64,000 bases of DNA from an uncultured Smithella sp. (GTDB lineage: Bacteria > Desulfobacterota > Syntrophia > Syntrophales > Smithellaceae), in contig CAYMWM010000001.1 in NCBI GenBank assembly GCA_964394185.1, positions 2,233 to 66,232 of the forward strand, in the 5' to 3' direction. The position numbers were made by a program, and so were the translations under genes. This document shows, in pieces, positions 18,927 to 28,116 of the stretch. Within the stretch, counting starts at the first letter, position 1; every line of letters starts with the position of its first letter. A model generated the notes under the pieces. The model made no database searches. It was not told the DNA's origin and worked only from the letters and a program-made list of their open reading frames with translations.

Positions 18927-19049
18927 GGGCTGTTCAAAAATGTTCAGATGCAAGGCGCGCAAAAACCGAATCGCGAGGCGTATATAGATATACATTGAGC
19001 GGCGCGGTTTGCAGCGCAACACAGCAGATGAGCGTTTTTCAACAGCCCC
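18927..19049 (+). repeat. Structured repeat, copy A (second copy at 42393-42525, opposite orientation)
   Basis: Terminal inverted arms GGGCTGTTCAAAAA / TTTTTCAACAGCCCC. Shared cores CAGATGCAAGGCGCGCAA (18945-18962) and GCGCAACACAGCAGA (19014-19028) flank a central hairpin. Confidence 0.5.
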
Positions 19050-19065
19050 TTTAAGGATTTTGATT

Positions 19066-20451
19066 ATGCCTATTCTGTACTACAGCACCAATCGCAATTT
19101 AAATAACGTTGAGGGAATCACTCCTTTTACCGGTAAGGTCTCTTTTAAAGAAGCCCTGCTTAAGGGTCAGGCGTCTGATGAAGGCTTGTTTATGCCGGAT
19201 ACCATTCCTCAACTCTCTTTAAAAGATATTCAAAATCTCAAAGGCAAGCCATATCACGAGACAGCTTTGCTGGTTGCCCGCGCGTTTCTTACTGACGAGT
19301 TTCCTGCGGACGTTCTGGAGAAGGTGGTTAAAGAGGCATACAACTATCCGGTTCCCCTGGAAGAGGTCAAACCCGGGGCTTTTGTGATGCGTCTGGATCA
19401 GGGGCCTACCGCTTCTTTTAAAGATTTTGCCGCGCGCATGATGGCGAGGCTCATGAGCCATTGTCGCTCCCGCGGTGAAAAACTCAATATTCTTGTTGCC
19501 ACATCCGGTGATACGGGCAGCGCCGTGGGCGAAGCCTTCAAGGGAGTGGCGGGCATTGACGTAACGATTCTTTATCCGGAAACTGAAGTCAGCAACCGGC
19601 AGAAAAAACAGCTCGACACCATCGGCGGTAACGTGCAGGCGCTCAGTGTTAATGGCAAATTCGACGACTGCCAGAATTTGGTCAAGCAGGCTTTTTCGGA
19701 GCCGGATCTGGTCAAATTCAATCTGACCTCGGCCAATTCCATTAACTTTGGCCGGATTCTGCCGCAGATCATTTATTATATCTACGCTTACGCCCATCTG
19801 GCCGAAAAGGGTGAGGAGGCAATCTTTTCCGTTCCTTCGGGAAACTTCGGCGACGCGCTGGGCTGTGAATACGCGCGCCGCATGGGCCTGCCGGTCGCCA
19901 AACTGGTAATGCCGACTAATGAAAATGATGAATTCCCCATTTTCATGGTAACGGGAAAATATAAAAAGGTTTCACCATCACGGGCGTGCATTTCCAACGC
20001 CATGAATGTCGGGCATCCCAGCAATCTGGCACGTTTCTTTGATTTATACGGGGGCACTGTTGACCGCGTGGGAGTGGTTCACAAATACCCGAATCTGGAA
20101 GAAATGCGGCGGTATATTTTTTCAGTCAGCGTAGCCGATGAGCAAACCAGGGAAACCATAAAGCAGGTCTATCAAAGCTATAAAGTTGTTCTGGAGCAGC
20201 ATGGTGCCGTCGGCTGGGCGGGTGTCGAAGAATATTTCAAAACAGCGCCGGAGCCCAAACTGGCCATCAGCCTCGAGACAGCGCATCCTGCAAAATTCCC
20301 GGAAGAAATTCAAAAACTTCTGGGCATAACCCCGTCTTTGCCGGAGAGCATGAAAAACATCGACCAGCGACAAGGCAGCGCCATATCCATCAACGGCGAC
20401 TATGGTGATTTTAAAAATTACCTGCAAAAGAATTTAAAGATAAAAGAATAG
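19066..20451 (+). CDS. thrC: Threonine synthase
   Basis: MPILYYSTN start (the track's TTG 19009 lies inside the repeat). PTASFKDFA PLP-lysine motif. Confidence 0.9.
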   Translation: MPILYYSTNRNLNNVEGITPFTGKVSFKEALLKGQASDEGLFMPDTIPQLSLKDIQNLKGKPYHETALLVARAFLTDEFPADVLEKVVKEAYNYPVPLEEVKPGAFVMRLDQGPTASFKDFAARMMARLMSHCRSRGEKLNILVATSGDTGSAVGEAFKGVAGIDVTILYPETEVSNRQKKQLDTIGGNVQALSVNGKFDDCQNLVKQAFSEPDLVKFNLTSANSINFGRILPQIIYYIYAYAHLAEKGEEAIFSVPSGNFGDALGCEYARRMGLPVAKLVMPTNENDEFPIFMVTGKYKKVSPSRACISNAMNVGHPSNLARFFDLYGGTVDRVGVVHKYPNLEEMRRYIFSVSVADEQTRETIKQVYQSYKVVLEQHGAVGWAGVEEYFKTAPEPKLAISLETAHPAKFPEEIQKLLGITPSLPESMKNIDQRQGSAISINGDYGDFKNYLQKNLKIKE

Positions 20452-20503
20452 CTGCCTTCAATACGATTTCCGTCTTGGTTCAAACATCTCACCGGAAAAA
20501 CCG

Positions 20504-21670
20504 TCACAGGCACTTATATGCCGCATCTATCAGGCGCTTCGCCCGGGGATCGGTCAGAATAAAAGTATCCATTTTATTCATGACGTAGCCGAATCCCAGA
20601 TTAGCGTCCGGATCGGCAAAGGCAAGGGAACCGCCCGCGCCGGGATGGCCGAATAACCTTTTGCCCGGGCCCATGCTGCCGGACGGGTTATCCTGATTCA
20701 GCATGAATCCCAGGCTGAATCGCGTCTTAAGATGCAAAATGCCATCCTCGCCGGTGGATGTCTCCTCCCAGCACCGTCGAATGGAATCCGGTGAGAGTAC
20801 CTGAATACTTCCTGCTTTGCCGCCATTGGCAAGAATGCCGTAAAGCTTTGCGAGGTCCCTGGCGGTGGCCTGCCCGTTGGCGGAGGGAATCTCGGCGTTT
20901 CGCCAGGCACGGCTGTTGACGCCCGTGACGATACTGAAAGGATTGCCAAAAGCGCATGATGTAGCGCCAAATGGGTGCATGGTAATTTCTCTGGTTAAGC
21001 GTAAGCAGTCCCGGTGTATTGTGGGGACCCGCACCATAATCATAGTCGCTGACCGGTGATGCTCGGCCTCATCCAGACCGATATGAATGTCGAGATTCAG
21101 CGGACCGGTAATCTCCCTTTTTAAAAATTGCCCGACGGACATGCCGGTAATCTTTCGGATGACCTGCCCCACCAGCCAGCCAAAGGTAACGGCATGATAG
21201 CCGATCCTGCCGGCCTCCCACCAGGGAGACTGGTTCTCCAGGGCGTTTATCATTGTATCCCAGTCGTATATGGCTTTTCCCGGCAGGTGTCTTTTTACGG
21301 CAACTAGGCCTGCGGTATGGTTTAGAAGCATGCGGACGGTAATAGCTTCTTTTCCTTTTTTTTCAAACCCCGGCCAGTACGCGGCTACCGGTTTGTCCGG
21401 ATCCAGCCGTCCCTGCTCGATAAGCCGGTGGACGCACATGGCGGTAAGGCCCTTGGTCGTCGAATAGATGTTCGCCAGCGTGTCTTGCCTCCATGGCCGC
21501 TTCTTCCAGAAATCCGCATAACCGGCCCAGATGTCGACAACCGTTTTGCCCCCGACAACAATTGACGCGGCCGCCCCCCGCTCCTTGCCCTTTTTGAAAT
21601 TGTTAATAAATGCCTGCTTTACTTTGTCAAAAGCAGGATCACAATAACCATTGACGTTGATTTCAGTCAT
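20504..21670 (-). CDS. Serine hydrolase of the class C beta-lactamase/esterase family
   Basis: SxxK motif IYSTTKGLTA. Length and overall pattern fit EstB/AmpC-like proteins. Confidence 0.8.
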   Translation of the reverse strand: MTEINVNGYCDPAFDKVKQAFINNFKKGKERGAAASIVVGGKTVVDIWAGYADFWKKRPWRQDTLANIYSTTKGLTAMCVHRLIEQGRLDPDKPVAAYWPGFEKKGKEAITVRMLLNHTAGLVAVKRHLPGKAIYDWDTMINALENQSPWWEAGRIGYHAVTFGWLVGQVIRKITGMSVGQFLKREITGPLNLDIHIGLDEAEHHRSATMIMVRVPTIHRDCLRLTREITMHPFGATSCAFGNPFSIVTGVNSRAWRNAEIPSANGQATARDLAKLYGILANGGKAGSIQVLSPDSIRRCWEETSTGEDGILHLKTRFSLGFMLNQDNPSGSMGPGKRLFGHPGAGGSLAFADPDANLGFGYVMNKMDTFILTDPRAKRLIDAAYKCL

Positions 21671-22165
21671 ATTATCCTCTTACATCGAGCCCGTTCATTG
21701 CCCGTCTGATTCGTTTTTTGCGGAAAAAATCAAACTTCCCGGCGCAGTTCCTTGTCCCGAAATGACGCGAGGGGTTTTTTATTTCCACTCCCCTTGCAAG
21801 CTACATTAAGGCCTGACCGCCTGTCAATGATTATGATGGCCTATGATTGTAAGTTCGGCCAGCTCAGCCAAGTCTTTTCGACTTGGCTGAAAATAATAAA
21901 ATTATGGTGAATTGCTGAAAAGTCGAGGCCAAAAGACTCGACCAAATTTGGGTTCAAGTTTGAACAAAAATATTTCGGGGCAAGTAGCAAACCTGCTCCA
22001 TCACCGACGGCAACTTCCTGTAAGTCTTATTTTTCAAATATCTGATTTTATGCTAGGTTACAACCTGCAATCGTTAAACAATTATTTTTCATTAAAAATA
22101 CAATAAATTAATTTGCGGTGTTTGTTATATTAACATATCTGTATAAATAATGTTCGGTAAAAAAA

Positions 22166-22753
22166 ATGACCAAACGTATATCGAAGTTAATTATTGATGT
22201 AGAATCCGGGAACGCTGGCGATGCTATTGAGGCGGCAAAAAAAATATCTTTCAATACTATTTCTAAAGACGAAATTGAAAAATTAGCAAGTGTTGCTAAT
22301 AATGGAAAAGAATTGCATAGCAGAGAAGCGGCGACTTATGCACTTTCCAATATTAATAACATTGATGAATCGCTATTAGTGTTGATTGATCTCTTGGATT
22401 CGTCAATAAACCATGAGTCTGTCCGCGGTCGCGCTGCTGAAGGTATTGCTAACATAAAATTTTCTCGAAAAAAGAATATAAAAAAGAAAGCTGAATATAT
22501 TCTAATTAAATGTCTACAAGACCCTTCTCCAACGGTAAGGTTCTGGTCATGTTTTGCGGTTGGCGTATTGAGATTTAAAAAAGCTCTCCCCATATTGAAG
22601 GAAATAAAAAGTAATGATCATGAAATATGTCCTGGTTGGTGGTATGTTTCAGAAGAAGCTGAGGATGCAATTAAATCAATAAATGGCAGGCATGGAAAGA
22701 ATCGGATTTCAGTAAATCAAAGAAGTAGTAGTATTCCATATTTATTAGAATAA
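22166..22753 (+). CDS. HEAT-repeat protein
   Basis: Repeated ...R..AA.AL/GI... helical-pair pattern (HSREAATYAL, SVRGRAAEGI, TVRFWSCFAV). AT-rich gene. Confidence 0.55.
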   Translation: MTKRISKLIIDVESGNAGDAIEAAKKISFNTISKDEIEKLASVANNGKELHSREAATYALSNINNIDESLLVLIDLLDSSINHESVRGRAAEGIANIKFSRKKNIKKKAEYILIKCLQDPSPTVRFWSCFAVGVLRFKKALPILKEIKSNDHEICPGWWYVSEEAEDAIKSINGRHGKNRISVNQRSSSIPYLLE

Positions 22754-22944
22754 GGACAATAAAGCGGACGGTTGTATTTAAAGATGAAGAAAGGAAGAAA
22801 AACGAAATTAAATAGAACCATCCCCTTTTCTCTTATTTGATTTTTAAGCAATTTATTCTTTCCATTTTTATTTAGATAAAGTAACATTACGTAGAAAATC
22901 GGGAAAAATCAACCAAGTATATTAATTGTTCGTTGGTGAATATT

Positions 22945-23388
22945 ATGTGTTTCGTACTTTATGTAGGAACTGAAAAATCATTAATACGCAAAAAGTGGGA
23001 TAAAGATGCTCCAGATTTGTGCATCGAAAGCCTTACTGAAAATGAAAGTATTATCAAAACCCACTTTACAAAGCAGGAAATTCAATATGTGGGTTCCACT
23101 TCGGGTTGTGGATGTGATTTTCCTCACGTAATACTACAAAATGGTGAAAGGCCAGTTTTTGAAGACCTAGAAGAAGATCAAGAACGAAAGACTAACAATC
23201 GTTATAACCGAGAAAAGCTCATGGTTCTGTTAAAAAGTACTGGAGAAGAGTTTGTTGAGATTTATGGAATTTGGGATGGCGACTACGACAAAGAACCAAA
23301 AGCAAAAGAATCAATCCAACTCACTGAGATTCTTGACAACAATTTCTTTTTCAAAGAACAAGGTTTTTATGTAATGAAAATATTGTAA
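22945..23388 (+). CDS. Hypothetical protein
   Basis: ATG 22945 (MCFVLYVG...). GSTSGCGCDFPH motif, no family recognised. AT-rich. Confidence 0.45.
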   Translation: MCFVLYVGTEKSLIRKKWDKDAPDLCIESLTENESIIKTHFTKQEIQYVGSTSGCGCDFPHVILQNGERPVFEDLEEDQERKTNNRYNREKLMVLLKSTGEEFVEIYGIWDGDYDKEPKAKESIQLTEILDNNFFFKEQGFYVMKIL

Positions 23389-23458
23389 AAGCGAACAAAA
23401 ACATCTAGCCGATCGCTACGCTCCGGCTGATTTTTACTTTCGCCAAATGTAGGAAAGT

Positions 23459-23860
23459 ATGAAGTGCAGGATATCCATCACTATGGAAACAGACTTAGCT
23501 GCCTGGGTGTCTCGGGAAGAATTCATGGCCACTGTTGATAAGGCCGACCTATTATGTCGCAAAGCTCAAGTTGTCTGCGACTGGTATCATCCCGATTGGT
23601 TCTGGAGCGACGATAAAGGTGAGCTATTCTTCATTCCACCGGCATTCGGGTTTTGGGGCGGACGTTTACGCGGCATTAATGGTCGTCATAGAGCAATACT
23701 TCTATTTAGACATTTGGAAGCCATACCAATGCTTTTGGTACAACCGGGCATGTGGCCGAAGCAAATTCTTGCTAAAATCGTACTGCGAGAAATCAGAGAA
23801 AATGAAATTGTGGAGCTTCCGAATATCCCTGTAAATACGGATATAAAAAGGGCCGAGTGA
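23459..23860 (+). CDS. Hypothetical protein, possibly ParB/Srx-like fold
   Basis: INGRHRAILL resembles the GxxRxxA box of ParB/sulfiredoxin-like domains. Weak. Confidence 0.4.
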   Translation: MKCRISITMETDLAAWVSREEFMATVDKADLLCRKAQVVCDWYHPDWFWSDDKGELFFIPPAFGFWGGRLRGINGRHRAILLFRHLEAIPMLLVQPGMWPKQILAKIVLREIRENEIVELPNIPVNTDIKRAE

Positions 23861-23962
23861 GCAAGACGTTCCACCTTTCAAATGGTAATCCTCCAATTCT
23901 TTCAACTGACAAGACAGAGCCTTTGTAGATTATCAATAAAGGACACAATCCACGGCAAGGAT

Positions 23963-24457
23963 CTATTTCAGAAACTTATTTTCAATCAAATCGGCGATGC
24001 CGGATATGTCATTGATATCGAAGCAGGGAACGCCGGCATCCAGTTTTACATCGGCGGCCAGCGCCAGCAGGTTATCCTCCTTGCCGCATAATAATTCCCT
24101 TTTCAATTCAGAACGGTAAACTTCAATTTTGGGGAACGGATTTCCCTTATAACCTTCGGCAAGAATGACATCCGCGTTCTTGATATATTTGTCTCTTATC
24201 TCCCCCAAGGAATGATCATAGTCAAGGTCTTCAATCAGTGCGACGCGTGTAGGGCAGGCAATGACTGTCGCGACAGCGCCCGCTTGCTTATGCCGCCAGC
24301 TGTCCTTCCCTTCGTGGTCTATATCGAAGCCGTGCTTATTGTGCTTGATGGTGGCAACTCGGTATCCCCTTTTCATCAGTTCGGGAATCAGTTTTTCCAC
24401 CAGCGTTGTCTTGCCGGAATTGGATTTGCCGACTATGGATATGATTGGAATAGTCAT
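23963..24457 (-). CDS. mobB: Molybdopterin-guanine dinucleotide biosynthesis adapter protein MobB
   Basis: IVGKSNSGKTTLVEKLI P-loop, ...VATIKH, 164 aa. Confidence 0.85.
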   Translation of the reverse strand: MTIPIISIVGKSNSGKTTLVEKLIPELMKRGYRVATIKHNKHGFDIDHEGKDSWRHKQAGAVATVIACPTRVALIEDLDYDHSLGEIRDKYIKNADVILAEGYKGNPFPKIEVYRSELKRELLCGKEDNLLALAADVKLDAGVPCFDINDISGIADLIENKFLK

Positions 24458-24469
24458 ATTTTATAAGAA

Positions 24470-25261
24470 TTAACGCATTGCCCGGTTGACCACGTCCTGA
24501 TCGAAATAATTGCAGGACATTCCCGCATCCACCACGATTCCCGTGGCATTGATGCCGCTGGAAACGGGCGAAAGCAGGAATACCACCGTGTTGGCAACCT
24601 CTTCGGTTTTAAGCGCCGCCTTCCGCAGCGTCAATTGTTCGGCAAAAAGATAATTGTTAACGTAGCCCGGAATGCCCGCCGAAGCCGATGTTTTCAAGGG
24701 GCCGGCGCAAACGGCATTGACCCTGACTTTGGATATTTCCGATAAAGATTTTGCCAGAAATGCCACGGTCGCATCCAGTGCGGCCTTGATGGGTCCCATG
24801 TACCCGTAAGCCGTCGCGCGGGTGCTGCTGATGGATATGGTGACGATGGATGCGTTTTCTTCAAAAGAATTTTTCAGGGCGTTTGCGAGGGTGACCAGCG
24901 ACAAGCAGGATATGTTTGTCGCCTGAAGAAAATCCTTTACATTGGTTTCAAGAAAGGGTTTGAGGCCTTCGCTGTAATTGGCAAAAGCAATGGAATGGAC
25001 AAAGCCCGCAAGCTTGATGTTGTTATTCAGGAAGTACTCTCCGAGTTGGCGGATGCTTTCGGGATTTTCCACATCACACATCAAAACGGTGCTCTCGGGA
25101 AAAAGCTTTTGCGCTCTGTCCCGATTATCCTCGTTTTGCACGGAAAATACAACGCGCGCCCCGTTATCCATCAGTCCTCTGGCGACAAAGTACGCGACGC
25201 TCTTTTTGTTGGCAACACCGGTGACGAAAAATGTTTTACCCGAAACCTGCAGAAAGTCCAT
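24470..25261 (-). CDS. fabI: Enoyl-ACP reductase (FabI type)
   Basis: Aligns by eye to E. coli FabI: FVTGVANKKSVAY, GFVHSIAFA, YGYMGPIKAALD (Tyr/Lys), NAVCAGPLKT. Confidence 0.85.
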   Translation of the reverse strand: MDFLQVSGKTFFVTGVANKKSVAYFVARGLMDNGARVVFSVQNEDNRDRAQKLFPESTVLMCDVENPESIRQLGEYFLNNNIKLAGFVHSIAFANYSEGLKPFLETNVKDFLQATNISCLSLVTLANALKNSFEENASIVTISISSTRATAYGYMGPIKAALDATVAFLAKSLSEISKVRVNAVCAGPLKTSASAGIPGYVNNYLFAEQLTLRKAALKTEEVANTVVFLLSPVSSGINATGIVVDAGMSCNYFDQDVVNRAMR

Positions 25262-25273
25262 ATCAGCCTCTCA

Positions 25274-25687
25274 CTATTGGTGCGGGAGCAGCGCCCCCTG
25301 AAATATAATTTTTAAAATCAGTTTGTCGCCAATCCTGATGGTTCCGCTCATATAAAAAGCGTTATCAAGCTTGTCATCGAGCGTTACCGTAATGGTCAGC
25401 GTATCACCGGGTCTGGCGAAATTTTTAAACTTGGCATCTTTTATCCGGGCCACGACCCCCAATCCCGGCTGTTTTTCGCCTCCCATTAAAATCGCGCCCG
25501 TCTGGAAGCAGGCCTCGCACAATAAAACACCGGGCATAATGGGATTGCCGGGGAAATGTCCCTGAAAAAAATATTCGTCATCCCGGAGGGTTCTTTGCGT
25601 CGTAATTGTATTGCCTTCACGGCTGATAATCTTATCAACAAAAAGAAACGGCGGGCGCTGAGGGATAGCGGCAAGAACTTCGTCCAT
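25274..25687 (-). CDS. fabZ: 3-hydroxyacyl-ACP dehydratase (FabZ/FabA hotdog)
   Basis: PPFLFVDKI...FFQGHFPGNPIMPGVLLCEA. Confidence 0.8.
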   Translation of the reverse strand: MDEVLAAIPQRPPFLFVDKIISREGNTITTQRTLRDDEYFFQGHFPGNPIMPGVLLCEACFQTGAILMGGEKQPGLGVVARIKDAKFKNFARPGDTLTITVTLDDKLDNAFYMSGTIRIGDKLILKIIFQGALLPHQ

Positions 25688-26427
25688 TATAGCCCTCCCG
25701 CCACCGTGATGGTTGTTCCGTTGATATAGGAAGCCTCGCGGGTCGCCAGAAAGAGAACCGCATGGGCTATTTCTTCCACCTTGCCGAAACGCTTCTGCGG
25801 AATCATCCTGAGATATTCTTTTTTTTGTTCATCGGGAAGGTCGCTGATTAATTCGGTATCGATAAAACCGGGAGAGACGCAGTTGACGGTAATGCCTTTT
25901 TTAGCCACTTCTTTCGATAGTGATTTGGTCAAAGCCACCTGACCGGCCTTGGATGCCGCGTAATTTGCCTGTCCCTGAAAGCCCATATCGCCTCCCAGCG
26001 AGCTGATGTTGATAATCCGCCCGAAACGATTGGACATAAAACGGGTAATGATTTCCCGCGACATGTAAAAAGTTCCCGAAAGATTGACATCCAGAACCTT
26101 TTGCCATTGCTCATCGGACATCATCGCCGTAAGCCCGTCCTGCCTGATGCCGGAATTGTTAACCAGCACTTCCAGCGAGGGGTATTTTTCGTCCAGATAT
26201 TTAAATAAATCCTTCACCGCCTGCGAAGAAGAGACATCATATTTCTGAATATCCAGCCTTGGCGCGTATTGTTCATTTTTATTTTTAAAATCATTGGCGG
26301 CGGCATCATTGGATGAATAGGTGGCAATGACCGTCGCGCCCGCCTTGAGAAAGGCCGTGACAATTCCCGCTCCAATGCCCCTCGTGCCGCCGGTGACAAT
26401 AACCCTCTGTCCGCTGAAATCAAACAT
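25687..26427 (-). CDS. fabG: 3-oxoacyl-ACP reductase
   Basis: TGGTRGIGAGI, NISS, YAASKAG SDR motifs. Its stop overlaps the fabZ start. Confidence 0.85.
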   Translation of the reverse strand: MFDFSGQRVIVTGGTRGIGAGIVTAFLKAGATVIATYSSNDAAANDFKNKNEQYAPRLDIQKYDVSSSQAVKDLFKYLDEKYPSLEVLVNNSGIRQDGLTAMMSDEQWQKVLDVNLSGTFYMSREIITRFMSNRFGRIINISSLGGDMGFQGQANYAASKAGQVALTKSLSKEVAKKGITVNCVSPGFIDTELISDLPDEQKKEYLRMIPQKRFGKVEEIAHAVLFLATREASYINGTTITVAGGL

Positions 26428-26436
26428 ATAAACTCC

Positions 26437-27858
26437 TCAGTTTAATTTATCCAAATAGCTATCCACTTCATACGACTGAATCACGCCGTAATTGGCGGCG
26501 CCCAGCCATCCCGACATAATAATGCCGACCGAACCCGTATGAAACAGGCCTTTGATTTCCTTATCCAGTCCCATGGAAATTGCCAGTCCCTCGTGCTTGG
26601 TCCCGAAGGACGAACCCTTCTCGTGATGCGTATATCGTTTGATGGTCACCGGTGTTGCCGCTTCAATATAATCAATTTTTTTGCCGATGCCGGGAATCAC
26701 TTTTTCCAGACTGACCAGCGTTGCCTCAATGAGTTCCTTTTTCTTTGCCTTGTAGTCTTCCTTGCTCAGATTAACCCAGTCTTCGTAACGCGCGTTGGTG
26801 GAAGCGACGATGGTGTACCCGGCATCTGCCAGTTGGGGACGAAGCCTGGGGTAGTAGAGGGAAAACGTCCGGCTGGTCGTTTTCATGGAAAGAAGCTCAT
26901 CTGTCCTGAATTCATCTGCTTCCGAATAAAAAATGAGATCGCCGATGTCTTCGACAACTTCCCCCTGCCTGATGCCCATATAAACCTGACAGGAACTGGT
27001 GTTGAGTCGTACCTTCCTGACCTTTTCCATAAACTGAGGCGTGAATTTGTCTTCGCCGACCAGATTGAAAATAGTGCCGATGAGATTGCCGTTGGAAAGA
27101 ACCGATTTGGAAGAAATAAAATCTCCGCCTACCTCAACCCCCTTGCAGACGTTATTCTCGACGACAATTTTATCCACTTTGGACTTGAGACGGATATCAA
27201 CATTATTGCGCAGAAGCTCTTCCTCCATCATCTGAATCACCAGATCCGTGCCGCCTTGAAAAGTAAAAACCCCTTTGCTCATAAAATTGGAAAAAACGAT
27301 GCCGTAGGTAATGGCCGGGTCTTCAAGCGTCGAACCATTGGCGTAGACAATCGGTTCAATCAGGAAACGATGGACATCTTTTCTGCCGGGGAAAAAACTC
27401 TCCAAAAGTTCCCCGTTGGTCATCTCCTTGTTGTCGTAGTAATTCATGTTCATGATGAGCTTGAAAAAATTATCAACCTGCTCGGGTGCAACTTTAAAAT
27501 CATTGATGAGCTTGCTGGTGAAATTCTCCACGGTGAAATCGCTTTCTATCGAATACATGGGATTGATAAAACGAACCCTTTTGAGTTGAACGATTTTATT
27601 GGCGATTTCCCTGCTCCAGTATTTTTTACAGGTTTTGACCATGCCCACGGGAAATCCATGCAGCGATACATCGAAAATGTGTTTTCCTTTCCGGTGAAAC
27701 CAGGTCGCGAATCCGCCCAGTTTGTCATGGGCTTCGAGCAATAAAATCTTGCGTCCGCCTTTTGCCATCTTATTGGCGGCGGTCAATCCTCCCAGTCCTC
27801 CGCCGATAATAATGACGTCATAATTTTGTGTAATTTTATCTTTATTGTTCAAAAGCAT
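26437..27858 (-). CDS. Phytoene-desaturase-family FAD-dependent oxidoreductase (copy 2)
   Basis: YDVIIIGGGLGGLTAANKMAKGGRKILLLEAHDKLGG dinucleotide fold. CrtI/amine-oxidase-like length (473 aa). Confidence 0.8.
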   Translation of the reverse strand: MLLNNKDKITQNYDVIIIGGGLGGLTAANKMAKGGRKILLLEAHDKLGGFATWFHRKGKHIFDVSLHGFPVGMVKTCKKYWSREIANKIVQLKRVRFINPMYSIESDFTVENFTSKLINDFKVAPEQVDNFFKLIMNMNYYDNKEMTNGELLESFFPGRKDVHRFLIEPIVYANGSTLEDPAITYGIVFSNFMSKGVFTFQGGTDLVIQMMEEELLRNNVDIRLKSKVDKIVVENNVCKGVEVGGDFISSKSVLSNGNLIGTIFNLVGEDKFTPQFMEKVRKVRLNTSSCQVYMGIRQGEVVEDIGDLIFYSEADEFRTDELLSMKTTSRTFSLYYPRLRPQLADAGYTIVASTNARYEDWVNLSKEDYKAKKKELIEATLVSLEKVIPGIGKKIDYIEAATPVTIKRYTHHEKGSSFGTKHEGLAISMGLDKEIKGLFHTGSVGIIMSGWLGAANYGVIQSYEVDSYLDKLN

Positions 27859-27920
27859 TGATTACCTCGCTGAAAGATTACGCACCTTTTCTGTATATTT
27901 TAGCCTTTTGTTGAAAAAAT

Positions 27921-27972
27921 AACAGGAATGTGAAAATGGCGGTGCCTAAATATGGCACCGGCGTTTCCTGTT
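27921..27972 (-). terminator. Intra-operon hairpin followed by a T-run (possible terminator/attenuator)
   Basis: On the minus strand: AACAGGAA...GGTGCC-N7-GGCACC...TTCCTGTT, then ATTTTTT. Nested in a longer inverted repeat (27908-28005). This is the only large gap in the 8-gene operon. Confidence 0.35.
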
Positions 27973-28116
27973 GGATAATTTTAACATATAGCAACTTTTC
28001 AACAATAATCCAATACTAAAAGTAATGGCTCAAATTTTTTAAAGGTTGTTTGAGGTAGATTGGGGCGGGTAAGAATGGTTAATAAAATCGCAAAGAACTT
28101 ATTGGCAGTGCCGAGC

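Noticed and set aside
19009-19065. N-terminal extension of thrC from TTG 19009 (MQRNTADERFSTAPLRILI)
   Set aside because: The extension is the translation of repeat copy A. The conserved ThrC N-terminus begins at ATG 19066 (MPILYYSTN).
26539-27744. 401-aa plus-strand ORF, the longest unassigned ORF in the track
   Set aside because: It lies entirely antisense to the well-supported PDS-like flavoprotein gene. It has no recognisable motif and a skewed, repetitive composition typical of a shadow frame.
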